DNA of 59,546 bases, counting the filler, from Circinaria calcarea (Eukaryota), in NCBI GenBank assembly GCA_051942165.1. It is 3 parts of 3 records of this genome, joined end to end, with 100 filler letters (N's around TTAATTAATTAA, not from the genome) between each part and the next. Parts side by side here need not be neighbours in the genome. Positions count along the whole stretch, not along the records: positions 19,892 to 39,680 come from JAVECS010000191.1; positions 39,781 to 59,546 come from JAVECS010000193.1; 1 more part is not named here. The stretch is one strand, 5' to 3'. The notes under the pieces are model-generated. The model ran no database searches, was not told the origin of the DNA, and saw only the letters and a list, made by a program, of their open reading frames with translations. Every line of letters begins with the position of its first letter. The first letter of the stretch is position 1. A program made the translations under genes and the position numbers. Positions 37,537-51,700 of the stretch are shown one piece after another.

Positions 37537-38770
37537 ATGCTCATACCGACGCTTCTATCAAGCAGCGTGTTGGCGTTGACCGTCAACGCGGTCCTTATTC
37601 CCCTTGAAGTCGCTGACAAGGCTGTGGCCGGCAAAGCCAATGACTTGACCACGCTCATCAATCCTACCTCCCAATCTATCAAAGTCGACTGCTCCACCTG
37701 TCCGTATGCTATCGCCAGTACTAGAAACGGCCAGCATGAATGGACTTCGGGGGTTAAGAGCGACCTCCTCATGGACTTTACCATTGAGAAGAACCAACTC
37801 CTTCTCAATGGCCGTCCCCTTTTCCAACCGCAAATGTCCAGGTTCCAACCGTTGAAAATCAAACAGGTCGCCAAAGAAGGAGAACTTGAAGCCCATGATA
37901 AGAAATGGGACGCCTTCAAGGGTGATCTCGGGATGAGCTATAGTGTCGAGCTCTCTCAGGAGAATGGTGTCAATTCGATGGAGATACAAGTCCTTGGCCT
38001 CGATGGAGAAATGGTCAATACCGATGCTGTGAGCGTCAGATATGTTAAGAAAGCCGATGGAGATGTAAGCCCTTGAAAATATACCTAGTCCAACCTTTAC
38101 TCATGAAGAACCTTTACTGACATACATGTGCCTTATTCAGCTCCTTATCCAATCAATCACCACCCATCCCAACATTCTCTCCCCAGCCGGCAAACAATGC
38201 AAGAACATGATGTGTCGTGTCATGTCCATTCTCAAGGCCAAGATGCGTGCCGCTGCTCTCAAGGCGATGAAAGCCGCTCAAGCCGTTAAAGGTGGCTGCA
38301 TGCGTAAATTCGGTTTCCGTCCCACACCACCTCACTCCGCCCTTCCACCATTCCGCCATCCCAAGGTTCACGGCGGGGTTGGCAAATTCGCCGGTAAATT
38401 CCACCACGGTGGCAAGGATTCCCTCCCCAAAGGTGATATGCCTCCTCATGCCGGCCATGGCAAAATTCACAATCATCACCACCAAGGTACTCTCCATATG
38501 GTCCTCCACGCCATGACCCGCATTTTCAGGCACGTCATCCTTCCCATTCTCATCGGTGTCGCAGCCGGTATGGCAGCTAGTGCCGTCGGTATGCTAGTCG
38601 GTCAGATTATTGTCCTGATCTGGATGCGGTACAGACGTAGTGGAAAGGGTGCGTATGAAAAGGTCGAGCAGGTTGAAGAGGCGAGAGTGAGCGAGGATGG
38701 GCTGCCCAAGTACGAGGAACTTGAAGGGACGGAGATTGAGGTTGTGGATGAGAAGAAGGAGGTTGAGTGA
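37537..38770 (+). CDS. Uncharacterised fungal type I membrane protein (signal peptide, His-rich segment, C-terminal TM, LPKY motif), 2 exons
   Basis: Signal peptide, CSTCP motif, intron ~38065-38140, TM segment ILPILIGVAAGMAASAVGMLVGQIIVLIW, cytosolic LPKYE. Confidence 0.8.
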
Positions 38771-39393
38771 TTGGGAATCAACTGGCACGCATGCTGCAAA
38801 GATGGTGAGGAGGCGGAGATGGGGGTATTGACAAGTCTAGGTTATTCGTAAAGAAGCTGTAGTTGTAGCTGTAGCTGTGGCGTATGGGATTAGGTCATGC
38901 TATTGCCTTGTTTGTCTTGCATGCAGTGAAAAAAAGGGTCGACTTAAAATGTGCTTTCTTTTATGTAATTGCTATGTCTAGTGCCATCCGGACAGAGATG
39001 GCATTTTACGATCATGCTACCAAAGTATACTTTTATACTTCCCCTATTTTTTGCTCCAAAAATTTCAAGAATGTGATTCCTTTCTTTTCCCCCCATCCAA
39101 AAACTAGAACAATCCCCGATTTTGATTTTCCCCCTTCCCCTTCCCATCAAATGAATGAATGAATGAATAAATGAAGAAATACTCACAAAACTCTACCCTT
39201 TTTTACTTTCCAGATTTTCCCCAAGATTGTCTGACTGACTTGACCTGACCCCCTTTTTCATCCCAAAAAAAAAACTATGCCTATTTTTCCCTCTATCCCT
39301 ATATCCTCCCTAATCGATTTCGTTGCGCGTTGCGCGTTTCTCTACCATAGCCTGGTTGGTGGGGCCGGTGGGGGCCGGTGGCTAGATATACCA

Positions 39394-39445
39394 CACACCT
39401 ACACCCACACCTACACCCACACCTACACCCACACCTACACCCACA
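39394..39445 (+). repeat. (CACACCTACACC)4 minisatellite
   Basis: Four perfect 12-nt units plus a partial unit. Confidence 0.9.
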
Positions 39446-39630
39446 GTTCCGTTTCTCTATGTGTCCCAGGCTCCCTGATTTTGATTGAACCTTTGACTTT
39501 TTTGCTGACTCCCCCCTCCCCCCCCCAACTCCCGGCGGGGGAAGTGAGTGAGAGTGTGTGAACGGGTGGGTAGGTAGGTAAAAAGCGAAGGTGCGAGCGC
39601 CCAGGCTTTGTTAATGTTGGTGATGTGCAG

Positions 39631-39680
39631 AGGACAATAATCTGACCGACTAGCATACCGACGGCACTAGCTGCCATACC
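39631..39680 (-). repeat. Exact 50-bp inverted copy of 38567-38616 at the contig end
   Basis: Reverse complement reads GGTATGGCAGCTAGTGCCGTCGGTATGCTAGTCGGTCAGATTATTGTCCT, identical to 38567-38616. Confidence 0.92.
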
Positions 39681-39780
39681 NNNNNNNNNNNNNNNNNNNN
39701 NNNNNNNNNNNNNNNNNNNNNNNNTTAATTAATTAANNNNNNNNNNNNNNNNNNNNNNNNNNNNNNNNNNNNNNNNNNNN
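39681..39780. other. Artificial contig linker (N44-TTAATTAATTAA-N44)
   Basis: Same structure as 19792-19891. Confidence 0.97.
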
Positions 39781-42700
39781 TCAGATGCTACGCTCACGAG
39801 CCTTCTTCTGACCTTAACCCGCTTACTGCAGTTTGATAACTCTTCTTTTGCTTCCGCCGTCTCTCCTGCTCTGATGCAATTGTTGTTGAGTCACCCACAG
39901 CTATCTATCAGATATCTTGCCATAAGGTTGCTGTGTTCATATCTACATGCTAATGACGTTATGTTCGTTGAGATGGTCGAAAGGTACATCGGCCAGGATG
40001 AAGTATCTGGGGCATGGGAAGATAGAACAATCGATTATACATTCTACAGTTTGTGGGAAGAAAAGCGTCTTGCTAATTTCCACACCGTACTGTCCAGATG
40101 TCGAGACACTAGACGGTCTGCGCAGCAAGAGACTGTCTCACATAGAGCTTTAACCCCGGATGATCTATCAACCTCAACTGCATATGTTGCTGGCGTTCTG
40201 TTACCTAGACTAGGTGGAAAACCTCGGACGCCATCCGCTGTCGTCATGACCGATTCGACAACTGATAACATGCGCCAAGTCGCTGAGGCTATTAATGCTT
40301 CTCGATCCATCCTGGTTACTGGACTTTTGGGAGGCGGGAAAAGCTTAATCATAGGAGAGATTGCTCGAACTCTAGGCAAAGAAGATTCTATGCTCACACT
40401 ACATCTCAATGAGCAGACAGATGCCAAGCTGTTACTCGGTCTGTACACGTCAGCTGGAACACCTGGGACCTTCACCTGGCAGCCCGGGGTCTTAACGACT
40501 GCCGTGAGAGAGGGTCGGTGGGTGTTGATAAAAGATTTCGATAGAGCCCCCACAGAAGTAATCAGTACCCTGACACCTCTACTTGAAAGAGGCGAATTAC
40601 ATGTCCCTAATCTAGGGGGCAGTATTCGTGCCAAGAGTGGCTTCAAACTGATCGCGACTGTTCGGTCAACTCTCAGTTCTAGACAAGAAATGGTAGTTCC
40701 CACCATGACTTCGCTTGGCTCTAGGAACTGGTGCCAGGTCCCTCTAAAGACGCTTTCCGATAAAGATGTCAGAGAAATCATTTTGAAAAAGTTTCCAATT
40801 CTACAGACATACGAACCTATGCTCATGAATGTATATCGCAGAATCAGCTCCAGAAATGAATACAGGCATGGTAGCAAGAAACCCGTCCAACATACTACAC
40901 GCTGTGCTACACTGCATGAGCTCGTAAGATGCTGCCATCGGTTACAGGCCCTCCTATCGAGTGCTGGCATAACAGGTATGAATGAGCCTATCACGGAAAC
41001 GGTTATCGATGACATGTTTATGGAGGTCGGCGACTGCTTTGCGGCTTCCGTACAATCCAGAGAGATTAGAGCCGTTATTATAGAAAACATTGCGCAAGAG
41101 ATGCATGTTTCCGCTGAGCGAGCAAAGTATTGCATGTATGCACGTACTCCACTCTATGAGAACAGTAGCATGATGATACGAATTGGCCGCGCTACCTTGC
41201 CAAAGGCCCGCAAGTCTCGCATTGCGCAGCTGCAAAGACGTCAAAACAGGAAACGACCATTCGCAATGACAAAGCACGCTCTTGCTGTTAGTGAATCTAT
41301 CAGCGTCGCAGTCAAGGAAAAGGAGCCATGCTTGTTGGTCGGCGAGACAGGTACCGGCAAGACTACCATAATTCAAGAGCTTGCAGAGTCCCTGGGTCAT
41401 AACTTGGTAGTAGTGAACTTATCGCAGCAGTCGGAAGCTGGAGATCTACTGGGAGGCTACAAGCCAGTCAACATGAGAGCCCTTGCCATGCCAATGAAGG
41501 AAGAGTTTGATGATCTGTTTGAAGAAACCAAATTCTCTTCAAGCAAAAACCAACGTTACCTCAAATCAGTCAGTCGTACAATCGCTAAAGGCGAATGGGG
41601 ACGTACAATCGTTCTCTGGAGAGAGGCAATTAAGATGGTCGAAACGGCATTCCTGGCCTTGAAGTCGCCCATTCCCGGTAAAGATGAGACCCAACCCAAA
41701 AAACGTCGAAAAGTTGAGACGCCTCGGTTTCAGGAGCTCAAAATGAGATGGGATGCTTTTGCTGGTCAGGTTGATGTTTTTCAGAAGCGTCTGAGCGGTG
41801 GGTCGAAGGGCTTTGCTTTCTCATTTGTCGAAGGCAACATCGTTAAGGCGGTTCGAAATGGAGATTGGGTGCTTCTAGACGAGATAAACCTGGCCTCGCC
41901 GGATACTCTCGAAAGTCTAGCAGGTCTGTTATCCAACGGAGTTGCCAGGGCTCCCTCTCTTCTGCTCTCCGAGACAGGAAGCGTTGCTGAGGTTGTCGCT
42001 CACCCTGACTTCCGAATATTCGGTGCGATGAACCCTGCTACTGATATAGGGAAGAAAGATCTCCCTATTAGCCTTCGCTCGCGATTTACGGAATACTACA
42101 TTGACTCTCCAGACAATGACTTTGAAAGCTTGGTAGTAATACTCAATGCATATCTTGGCAACTACAATCACAATGATGTCCAAGCAGCACATGATATTGC
42201 GGAGCTGTATCTACGTATCCGAAGTTTCGATGAAGGCAATCGACTGGTCGATGGTGCTGGCCAGAAACCGCTTTTCAGCCTTCGGACATTGACTAGGTGC
42301 ATGACTTATGTCACAGATATTGCTCCTACCTACGGGCTACGCCGGGCACTGTTTGAGGGATTTGCGATGAGTTTCCTAACAATGTTGAATGAAGAATCCA
42401 AGTCTATCATTCTCCCATATATAGAGAAACATCTCTTAGGAAGCCTGAAGAATCGTCGATCGTTGTTGAATCAAATGCCACGATGCCCGGATGATGGGAA
42501 AAGGTACATTCAGTTTAGACACTACTGGGTGGCTCAAGGGTTGGATCCTATTCAGGAACAACCGCATTATATCATTACACCATTCGTTGAGCAAAATCTG
42601 CTGAATCTAGTTCGAGCAACATCTACACGTCGATTTCCAGTCTTACTTCAGGGGCCGACATCATCTGGTAAGACAAGTATGGTCGAGTATCTTGCGAAGC

Positions 42701-45700
42701 TATCGGGTAACAAATTTGTGAGGATAAATAACCATGAGCATACTGATTTGCAAGAATACCTTGGTTCGTATGTCTCAGGTCCAGGAGGGGAGCTGCAGTA
42801 TCAGGAGGGTATACTTGTGCGTGCATTACGCGAAGGCCACTGGATAGTACTGGATGAGCTTAATCTCGCGCCCTCTGATATTCTAGAGGCTCTTAACCGT
42901 TTGCTTGACGACAATCGTGAGCTATTTCTCCCAGAGACTCAAGAAGTGGTGCGCCCGCATGAAAATTTTATGCTGTTTGCAACTCAGAACCCTCCCGGAT
43001 TGTATGGTGGAAGGAAGGTACTTTCGCGCGCTTTTCGAAACCGCTTTCTCGAATTGCATTTTGACAATATTCCCGAGGATGAACTAGAGACAATCCTTCG
43101 CGAGAGGAGTCAGATAGCACCCTCGTTCTGTACTCGGATTGTTACTGTCTATCGGAGACTCACTATGCTCCGACAGCCTGGCCGTTTGTTCGAGCAGAGT
43201 CAGAGTTATGCAACTTTACGAGATCTATTTCGATGGGCTTTACGGAATGCCCATGATCGTGAGCAATTAGCTATCAACGGATTCATGCTGCTGGGTGAAC
43301 GGGTTCGCAAACCAGACGACCGCTTGGAGGTGAAAAGAATCATCGAAGAAGTCATGAAAATCAAGATCGATGAGGCATTGCTATATGGGACTACGAGTTT
43401 GCGGGCGGTTGAGGCTCCACTATTTAAAGGGTCATCTGCACAGCTCGTTTGGACGAAAAGCATGCGACGTCTCTACCTTCTGATTGTCAAAGCGCTTGAG
43501 AACAATGAACCGGTGCTACTGGTTGGTAATACTGGATGCGGCAAGACAACCATGTGTCAGGTCATAGCTGAATCAATGCATAAACAACTCCATATGGTCA
43601 ACGCACACCAGAATACGGAAACGGGAGATCTCATTGGGGCTCAGCGACCTGTGCGCAACAGATCTGGCATCGAATCTCAGCTTTTACAGGATCTATCCAC
43701 CCTCATGAGTGGCCATATTGTAAGCGACCCATTGCTTCAGGATGATATATCATCCTTGCTCCTTGCTTATGAGGGGTTATCACTCGAAGACCTAGATAGT
43801 CGTCCGTTAGAGCTGCGGCAGCGGATTGACCGAGCCATAACCCGAATGAAGTCGCTCTTCGAGTGGTCTGACGGTAGCCTTGTGCAGGCTATGAAAACGG
43901 GTCAGCACTTTTTACTTGACGAGATCTCCCTTGCAGACGATTCCGTGCTGGAACGACTCAACAGCGTGCTGGAATCAAGTCGTATGCTGTTCCTAGCAGA
44001 GAAAGGAAGCGATGATGCAATGGTAGTTGCTTCAGATGGATTCCAGTTCTTGGCCACGATGAATCCTGGTGGCGATTACGGAAAAAGGGAGCTGTCCCCT
44101 GCGTTACGAAATCGATTCACTGAAATATGGGTCCCTCCTCTTTCCGATGAGGACGATATTCTACAGATTGTCCAAGCAAAGCTCTCACCTTCAATGGCCG
44201 CTTTCGCAAAAGCCATGGTGGACTTCTCGATCTGGTACAATGCAACGTACAACAAGTCAGCATCTTCAGTTTCGGTCCGGGAGATATTAACTTGGGTGGA
44301 TTTCGTAAATCTGTCCCGATTGTCTGACCCCTATGTAGCACTTTTACATGGCGCAGCGATGGTGTATATTGACGGACTCGGTGCCAATCCAGCAGCGAAG
44401 CTATCCACCTCGTCAAAGGCTAACTTCCAAGGGCGTCGTGATTGTCTCGAGAAGCTAAGTCAGTTGTTTCAACACGACATGATAAGTATCTACGATAGAA
44501 AATCGATTCTTTCCACTAGTAATGTGCAATTGGAAGTTGGGCCGTTTAAGGTAGAAAAGTTATGTGATTCTGGGCTAGCCCCGGATTTCAGTCTTGCAGC
44601 TGCTACAACCGCGGATAACGCCATGAGAATAGTTCGTGCACTGCAACTCAACAAGCCAGTACTTCTTGAGGGTAGCCCTGGTGTAGGCAAAACGTCGCTT
44701 GTCACCGCTCTGGCTCATGCTATCGGGATGCCTCTAACGAGGATTAACCTATCAGAGCAGACAGATATCATGGACCTTTTCGGATCAGATGTACCTGTAG
44801 AAGGTGGGGCTGCTGGTCAATTTGAGTGGCGTGACGCTCCCTTCCTTCGAGCCATGCAAACAGGAGAATGGGTTTTGCTGGATGAGATGAATCTAGCTTC
44901 ACAATCTGTTCTGGAGGGATTGAATGCTTGTCTGGATCATCGGGGCGAAGTATACATTCCGGAGCTTGATCAGAGCTTCTCGCGTCATCCGGGATTCTTT
45001 GTTTTTGCTGCTCAGAATCCTCACCACCAAGGAGGGGGCCGGAAGGGGTTACCGACTTCATTTGTTAACCGATTTACAGTTGTCTACGCAGAGCCTTTTA
45101 CAGCCGAAGACCTACTTGTTATCTGTAGACAGCTCTATCCCAAGTACTCGGTCACTGAGACCAAGGAACTAATCCGTGTGGTAACAAAACTCGATGCTAT
45201 GGCTCACCAAGCCCAAGGTATCAATTTACATGGTGGTCCGTGGGAATTCAACCTACGTGACCTCCTCAGGTGGCTTCAATTGCTAAGCTCTCAGGAGTTG
45301 TTGATGCCTGCTGGATGTCCCCATGATTATTACAATATTTTATTCCTTCAAAGATTTCGTACTTCTCAAGATGTTGCCGCCATTTCCACAGAACTTACTG
45401 TACCTTGCCCGCCTCCCAATCTACCGCCCAGCTTCTTTCATAATCTAAGTGCTTGCTCATATCAGGTAGGCCTTGGACTAATTGAAAGGCAAGAAACGTC
45501 TTTAGTCCTTACACAGAACTACGACCACTTGAGTACGGGGTCTGAGCTACCCCTACTTGAATCGATGCTGCTTTGCGTGCAACACAGCTGGCCCTGTCTA
45601 CTCGTGGGACCATCTGGCTCTGGAAAGTCACGTTTGATACGTCACCTGGCAGCAAACATTGGAGCCGACCTCGTGAAATTTTCCTTGAATTCCGACATGG

Positions 45701-48700
45701 ACACGATGGATCTTGTCGGCGGATATGAGCAAGTCGATGTTAACCGCAAGACCTTAGAACTTGTCCAAGAGTTGCGAAATTTCCTAGAGAAGGGAATTGT
45801 GCGGGCCTTGATATCTCCATTCATCCCAGAAGACGCCATGTCCATAATAGAACAGATCAATATGTCAAACCTTCAAGACCCTCGCGCGCTGCTTGTTTTA
45901 CTCTATAAGCTGAATGGTGCTTCTGTCCTACCAGAAGGAAATTCATTAATTGAGAATTGCAAGGCTCTTGTTGAATGTGTGGACCAAGGCAATAGAGTCC
46001 ATTTTAAATGGGTTGATGGTATTCTAGTAAAGGCATTAAAGCATGGAAATTGGCTAGTTCTTGATAACGCCAATCTTTGTGGGTTGTCCGTACTCGACAG
46101 GCTAAACTCCTTGCTGGAACCCAATGGCGTGCTGGCCATTAACGAGCATCGATCTCAAGACGGATCTGCGGAACTTATCAAACCCCATCCGAACTTCCGA
46201 CTCTTCCTGACTATGGATCCTCGTCACGGAGAGCTCTCTAGAGCAATGAGAAATCGATGCGTCGAGTTATTCGTGCCAATGAGCGTTGACGTGGCGCGGC
46301 CGAGAATTACTCCATCTTCCTACCATTCCTCTGTATTTCGCTATCAGCCACTTCAGACTATTCCTTGGAACTTCCTTGATGAAGCTAGTATTGGTATACT
46401 AGCCGCGATATGTTTCGATCATCTTGCATATTCTGATTTCCATCTGTATCAGCGATGGTACAAACAGGCTGTAACTGGGTTGATAGATATCGATCCATCC
46501 AAATTACGTGTCTTCACTTCCGTATACGAAGCATACTTCCGTCTAACCAGCCAGGAAAATAACATCATGACATCTATATTGGGAGTGTATCAAGGTCTGA
46601 TATCGAGGCGGTCGTTACCTAAAGATTTTTGGAATGTGCAGGTTAGTGCTAGAAGTTGCTGCAGTCCAGAGTCATTCTAATGGTGGATGATATGATGTAG
46701 CCAATTCATCCCTTGAACAATCAGGTTCTGCTACCCTTGATTGACGAGAGCTGGTCTCCACTTCATGCTACTTGGCTCGCAAGTTTGTTGGAGACCATGG
46801 CGGAGCTGGAGCTACTTGGACGCAACCTAGACACCATTCGCCTGTCTCTGAGACATAAACCAGCGTCGCAATATTCTAGACTAGAGAGATCCCTAGTGTC
46901 TATCGGCTCCCTAGCTTTTTCCAAAGACTCGACACAACCGTTGGCGGTATTTCTGGAGTCGATGCGCTGTGAATTATCCAAATGGATCCAGCAGCAGGCT
47001 CAAGGGACGCCAAGAGATCAGGTATGATTCTTGAGGATTGGATACGGATGTCCCTATGTACTAACTTTTCAGAATGAGTCGATTTCAATCCAGAAGATTG
47101 CGCTCTATATTCGTGACATATTTGCGCTTACCCAAAAGCCCAACTTTGATGAGGGTATCTTTCAGATCTACCTGGCTTTAGGAAGATCTCTAGCGACTAG
47201 ATGTTACCTATCCGACGAACTGCGTGATATAGGAAGGTTTCTAGATTTGCAATCAAGTGCTTTCACTGCCTCTTGGTCACTATCTACTGGTACAAGCTTG
47301 GAGGTTCTCTGGAAAACCTTCAAACCAATCACAGCGAAAAGTCTATGCCATCTAGACTCCATTATGCAAATCGAAAAGCTAATGGACCGTTTTGACTCGT
47401 TGTTATGGCGTTCCGGAGCGTCTGTCGAGTCACTTGTAAGTCTACGTGAGTCTATAGTAGCGGTATACATGCAATTGGAGCCGATGGGTGACCAAGCAAG
47501 TGGGATCATTGAGGTGAGTTAGTAGAGCCAATTATTACAAGGACCCATCACTTACTGTCCTTAGAATATAACGAACACCCTCGACGAGGTTGAAGTACAA
47601 ATAACAACTGTCCCCCAAGAAATGTACCCGTACTTCAAAGATGAATTTGAAGGACTTAGCCAATACCTGTGTGCTACTCCCAGCGGTATTCAAGTGTCAT
47701 TACCGCTGGACCTCCTGGCAGGACGACCATCAAAGCAGTTATTGAGTCTTGACCGCACTCCGACTCCTTATGGCCTTCTTACTCATGTCACCCGTTTCAC
47801 TGGTGTCGACCAGGTGGGTAATACGCTTGTAACTATTAGGGGCGTTCTTCCTATTCTAAGTTTGCAAAAGATGTATGTCATAAGACGTGCTTATAGTCTC
47901 ACCTTGAAACTGGCAACTGACAATTGCAGGGCAAAAATTGCCAGTGTTCCCTTGAGATCTCTTGATCTGCTGTGCCAGGAAGTTCACCTCCTGGCGAAAG
48001 GCACTGTGCAAGCAAGTGGTTTGTTGTCTGAGAATCAGTACCTCACTCTTAATGCCTACCTATCAGATCTCTATGCAGCCGTAGGTCCTTTTTCTACAGT
48101 AAGTAGAATGAGATTTAACCGTGTCACAGGTCATCAGCGCTCACCAGACATTTTTCCAACCTCGGTCACTCGAAGCCTGCCTGAAATATCTAGATAAGCA
48201 CCCACACAACGTGACCCGAGATCATGCTGAAGTGCCTACGCTTTCATTCATAGATCCGGTATCTGCAAGCCAGTTTCAGGAAATTATGCACAATCACCTT
48301 GAACCTAGTCTACGTCAATTACACGAAGCGGCTATGATGAAGAGTGGCCACAATGTGTTATCTGCCACAGCTTGGATCACGTTCTCCACCGGCTGTTTAT
48401 TATTATACCTCCCCGACCGACAGTACGATCCAGCTTTGCGGTCTACGGTAGAGTGCAACCGTTATGACCAAAGAAAAGAAGAACTTGAATTGAAGCTGAA
48501 ATGCCTTAAGAGCTATGAAGAGATGTTCACTGGTCAACATACAAATTTTCGGTGTGTTCTCATAGAGAGAGAACTTCAAGAGCTGGGAGACCGACCTCAG
48601 AGCGCGATGGTTGCGCGGCCCAAAATATCTGAGCTTGATCATCTACAGGGCGAGTTTATCAACATTCTCAATTCCATCGTTGCCCGTTCTCCAACCAGAG

Positions 48701-51700
48701 CAAGTATCGATCTACTTGTGCGCGGGGATGCAACTGTAACGCAGGAAGTGAAACTCATCCGGCAGAATATCAAACAGGTGGTCCATCGCCTTTCAAACAG
48801 TTACAGGGCGTACGATGATATTACTAAACCTGTGATTGGGTTTTTACACTGTCTTGACGTCGGTTTGGGGCTTGCTCTTGTGGCATATTCCGCTACCGAC
48901 GAGAAAAGTTCTGTAAAATTTATCCACAAAATGACACCACTTTTAGGACTGGAACCGAGAGTTTTATCCCAAGTGGTCTCGGAAAAAGCTGAAGTGACTG
49001 CTGAGCTTAGTCACGACCATTGTCTTGCATATTTAAGACTAGCCACTCTTACACGCAGTCTTGACTCAGGTTTCAGTCCAGAAGTAAGAAGCAGCACACT
49101 CGAGATCTTTCATTCCTTTTATGTGGAATGGAAGCGGCGGTTAGCGGCAGACCAAACGAGCCACGCAGTAAAGTCTTCTCTATACAGATACAGAGGTGAT
49201 CAGGCCCAGGATGACGAGGCTGCTGAGACTGACTTTCTCGAAATTTTTCCAAACTACGAGGTAATCCAAGAACCTGATCGGATGGCGCAGGAACCTGTCA
49301 ATATGAACCCACAAAGGCTGGCTTTGGTTTTGGCTGATAACCATTATGACCTCTTCAGAGGTGCTAAGACTCTGTTACAGCAGCTTGTCGTCGTAGTCAA
49401 AGAGGCTACGAACCGTATTTCTGAGCGTTGGAAACACACTTCCGACCTTTCATCCTATCAAATACCCCCTGAAGATTTGCTGCCGGGTGTTATTCTGGCA
49501 TTAGACTCTACCTGCAAAGGTCTTCTATCTCCATTGGTCCCCACTCGCACTTACAATTTCTACGCCGATCCTAATCTTATTGAAGCTCGAAAACTAGTAA
49601 AACTCTTGAAAAGGATCCAAGCAAGGTTCAGAAACCTCAAAGAAGTTTGGCCGGAGCATGCAACCTTAGACAACATTCTTCGCGTTTCGGATGAGCTCTT
49701 AGCTTTTCGACACATTGAACCTCTTGCAAAGCTCCTAACCAAGACAGAGAAGTTACATGGCTATATATACGAATGGCAGATAGTCGCAAGCCGGGAATAC
49801 TCCGCAGTCAACATATACGAGGAAATTACAAAAACGATCGTGGAATGGCGCCGGATTGAATTGTCGACATGGGCCCGACTCTTAGATATGGAAGACGAGA
49901 AATGCAAGAAGGATGCCAAATCATGGTGGTTTGTGGCATACGAAGTCATCATCGCTGCACCCCTTTCGATCGTAACGTCAAGAGAAGACCTTACCAACCA
50001 TGTAACGGGCCTTTTTACAACCCTAAGTGAATTCCTTCACACGACGTCAGTAGGTCAGTATTCCGAGCGTCTACTTCTGATCGAGCAATTCGAGTACCAC
50101 TTGGAACTCTTAATGGATGAGGTCCCCGAGATGCAAATCGTACATATGGCTCTGGTCAACTTTTTAAGATTCTATACAAGGTTTGAGCCAGATATCCAAG
50201 AAACCCTCCTAACGGGCCGGCATGCCCTGGAAAGAGATATGAAGGAGATCTTACTCTTAGCGAGCTGGAAGGACACAAACATCAACGCACTCAGAGAAAG
50301 TGCAAAGCGATCACACCACAAGCTCTTCAAGATTATTCGAAAGTATAGAGCTTTACTTGCAGAGCCGTCTGAGAAATTCATTAAGCTGGGATCATCGCAA
50401 TGGCTGAAGAAAACAATCCCCTTCCTTCCAGCCGAGAGACCAATAGCGATTACGGTAGATTCAAAGGCTCTACAGACTTGTGAAAAATATGTTCCAGGCT
50501 GGAATCATAAGCCAATTCGATTTACTGATCCAGAGTCGATAACAGCGACTATGGTGCGCATTAGCAGGCTACCTGACAACGCCATTGACTGCACTTTGTA
50601 CATCGAGTCGTTTACTGCAAACCTTACTGAAACCATCCGGATTCTCCAAAAGGAGACTCCCTCGACACTTACTAAAGAGAACAGCGAGGCAGTCAAGCAC
50701 CTTAAGTCCCGGAAACGAAAGGTGTTCGCGGACACCTTAAAAGAGTTACGCATGATGGGTTTCAAGTCGAATCTAGGTGCAGACATGCTGAAAAAGCAGG
50801 CCTCTCTATCTATAGTCTTTGCTACTATGCCAATCCTCGCCAGAGGCGGCGCCGATTTCCGTGACAGTGTCGATTTGGCGGAGTTCTACCTTGATCAGAC
50901 TCTAGATGATCTAACCGTCGTCCGTGAGTTAGTACGACAGCCTTCCAACGATCTCTCCAATGGTGAGGTGAGCCGTAGTCTTGGCTACCTCGAGAGTATC
51001 CTTTCTGTTACTCTTAGACAGCGGACCCTACTTTCGACATTTCTTGCTGACCTTGATGGTTTCGAAGTCCCATTACAAACTATGCATGCTCTATGGGCTC
51101 CCGACAAATATGTAATTCAAAAGTCAAAACAACAGGATATTGCAATAGCCAAAGCAGCTTATCAAAACCTGCAATGGCTTCCAAGCATTCTGGAAGTTTC
51201 GTGCAAGATTATCAAGATTCACAGGGAGATTGGAGACATTGATTCTACAGTTGTGCTCGATGAATTATATTCTTGGAAAGATAAGTTTTTTACGCTAAAT
51301 GAAGCTTCTAAGAGTCTTCCTACGTTACCACTTGGACTCTGTACCTCCTCCCACCTAGAAATCACAGAAAAAGTCAAGGAATGCCTCCAGCAATTTGCCG
51401 CAGATTTGCAGCAAAATATAACACGTAATTCTGCGGTTTGCTTCATATTGAAGAAGCTCAGCCTCTGGGCCGCCCCTGATCAACTCTCCCCTCAAAATGA
51501 GACAAATGGCGTGCATCCGATTGATTTATCCCAGTTCGATCAGGAGCTAACAAGTACAGTCGACTCTATGCTAGTAGGTGTGCAACATATGAGGGATGCT
51601 CTAACAGGTATACCATCATCGAATGATGAAATAGCTTGGTTGCTACACGCCGAGACTTCGATCGCAAGGAGTATCAAGGCCCTTCAGATACAAGGTCTTT

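Noticed and set aside
39277..39561. ORF with THTY repeats
   Set aside because: By-product of a 12-nt minisatellite in low-complexity DNA at a contig end.
40044..41135. 363-aa antisense ORF in midasin, and similar antisense ORFs in other genes
   Set aside because: Antisense shadows of long coding frames, with no recognisable motifs.
40300..46260. Degenerate Walker B motifs in midasin AAA1 (LIKDFD) and AAA6 (VLDNAN)
   Set aside because: Degenerate outer AAA modules are a known property of Rea1/midasin.
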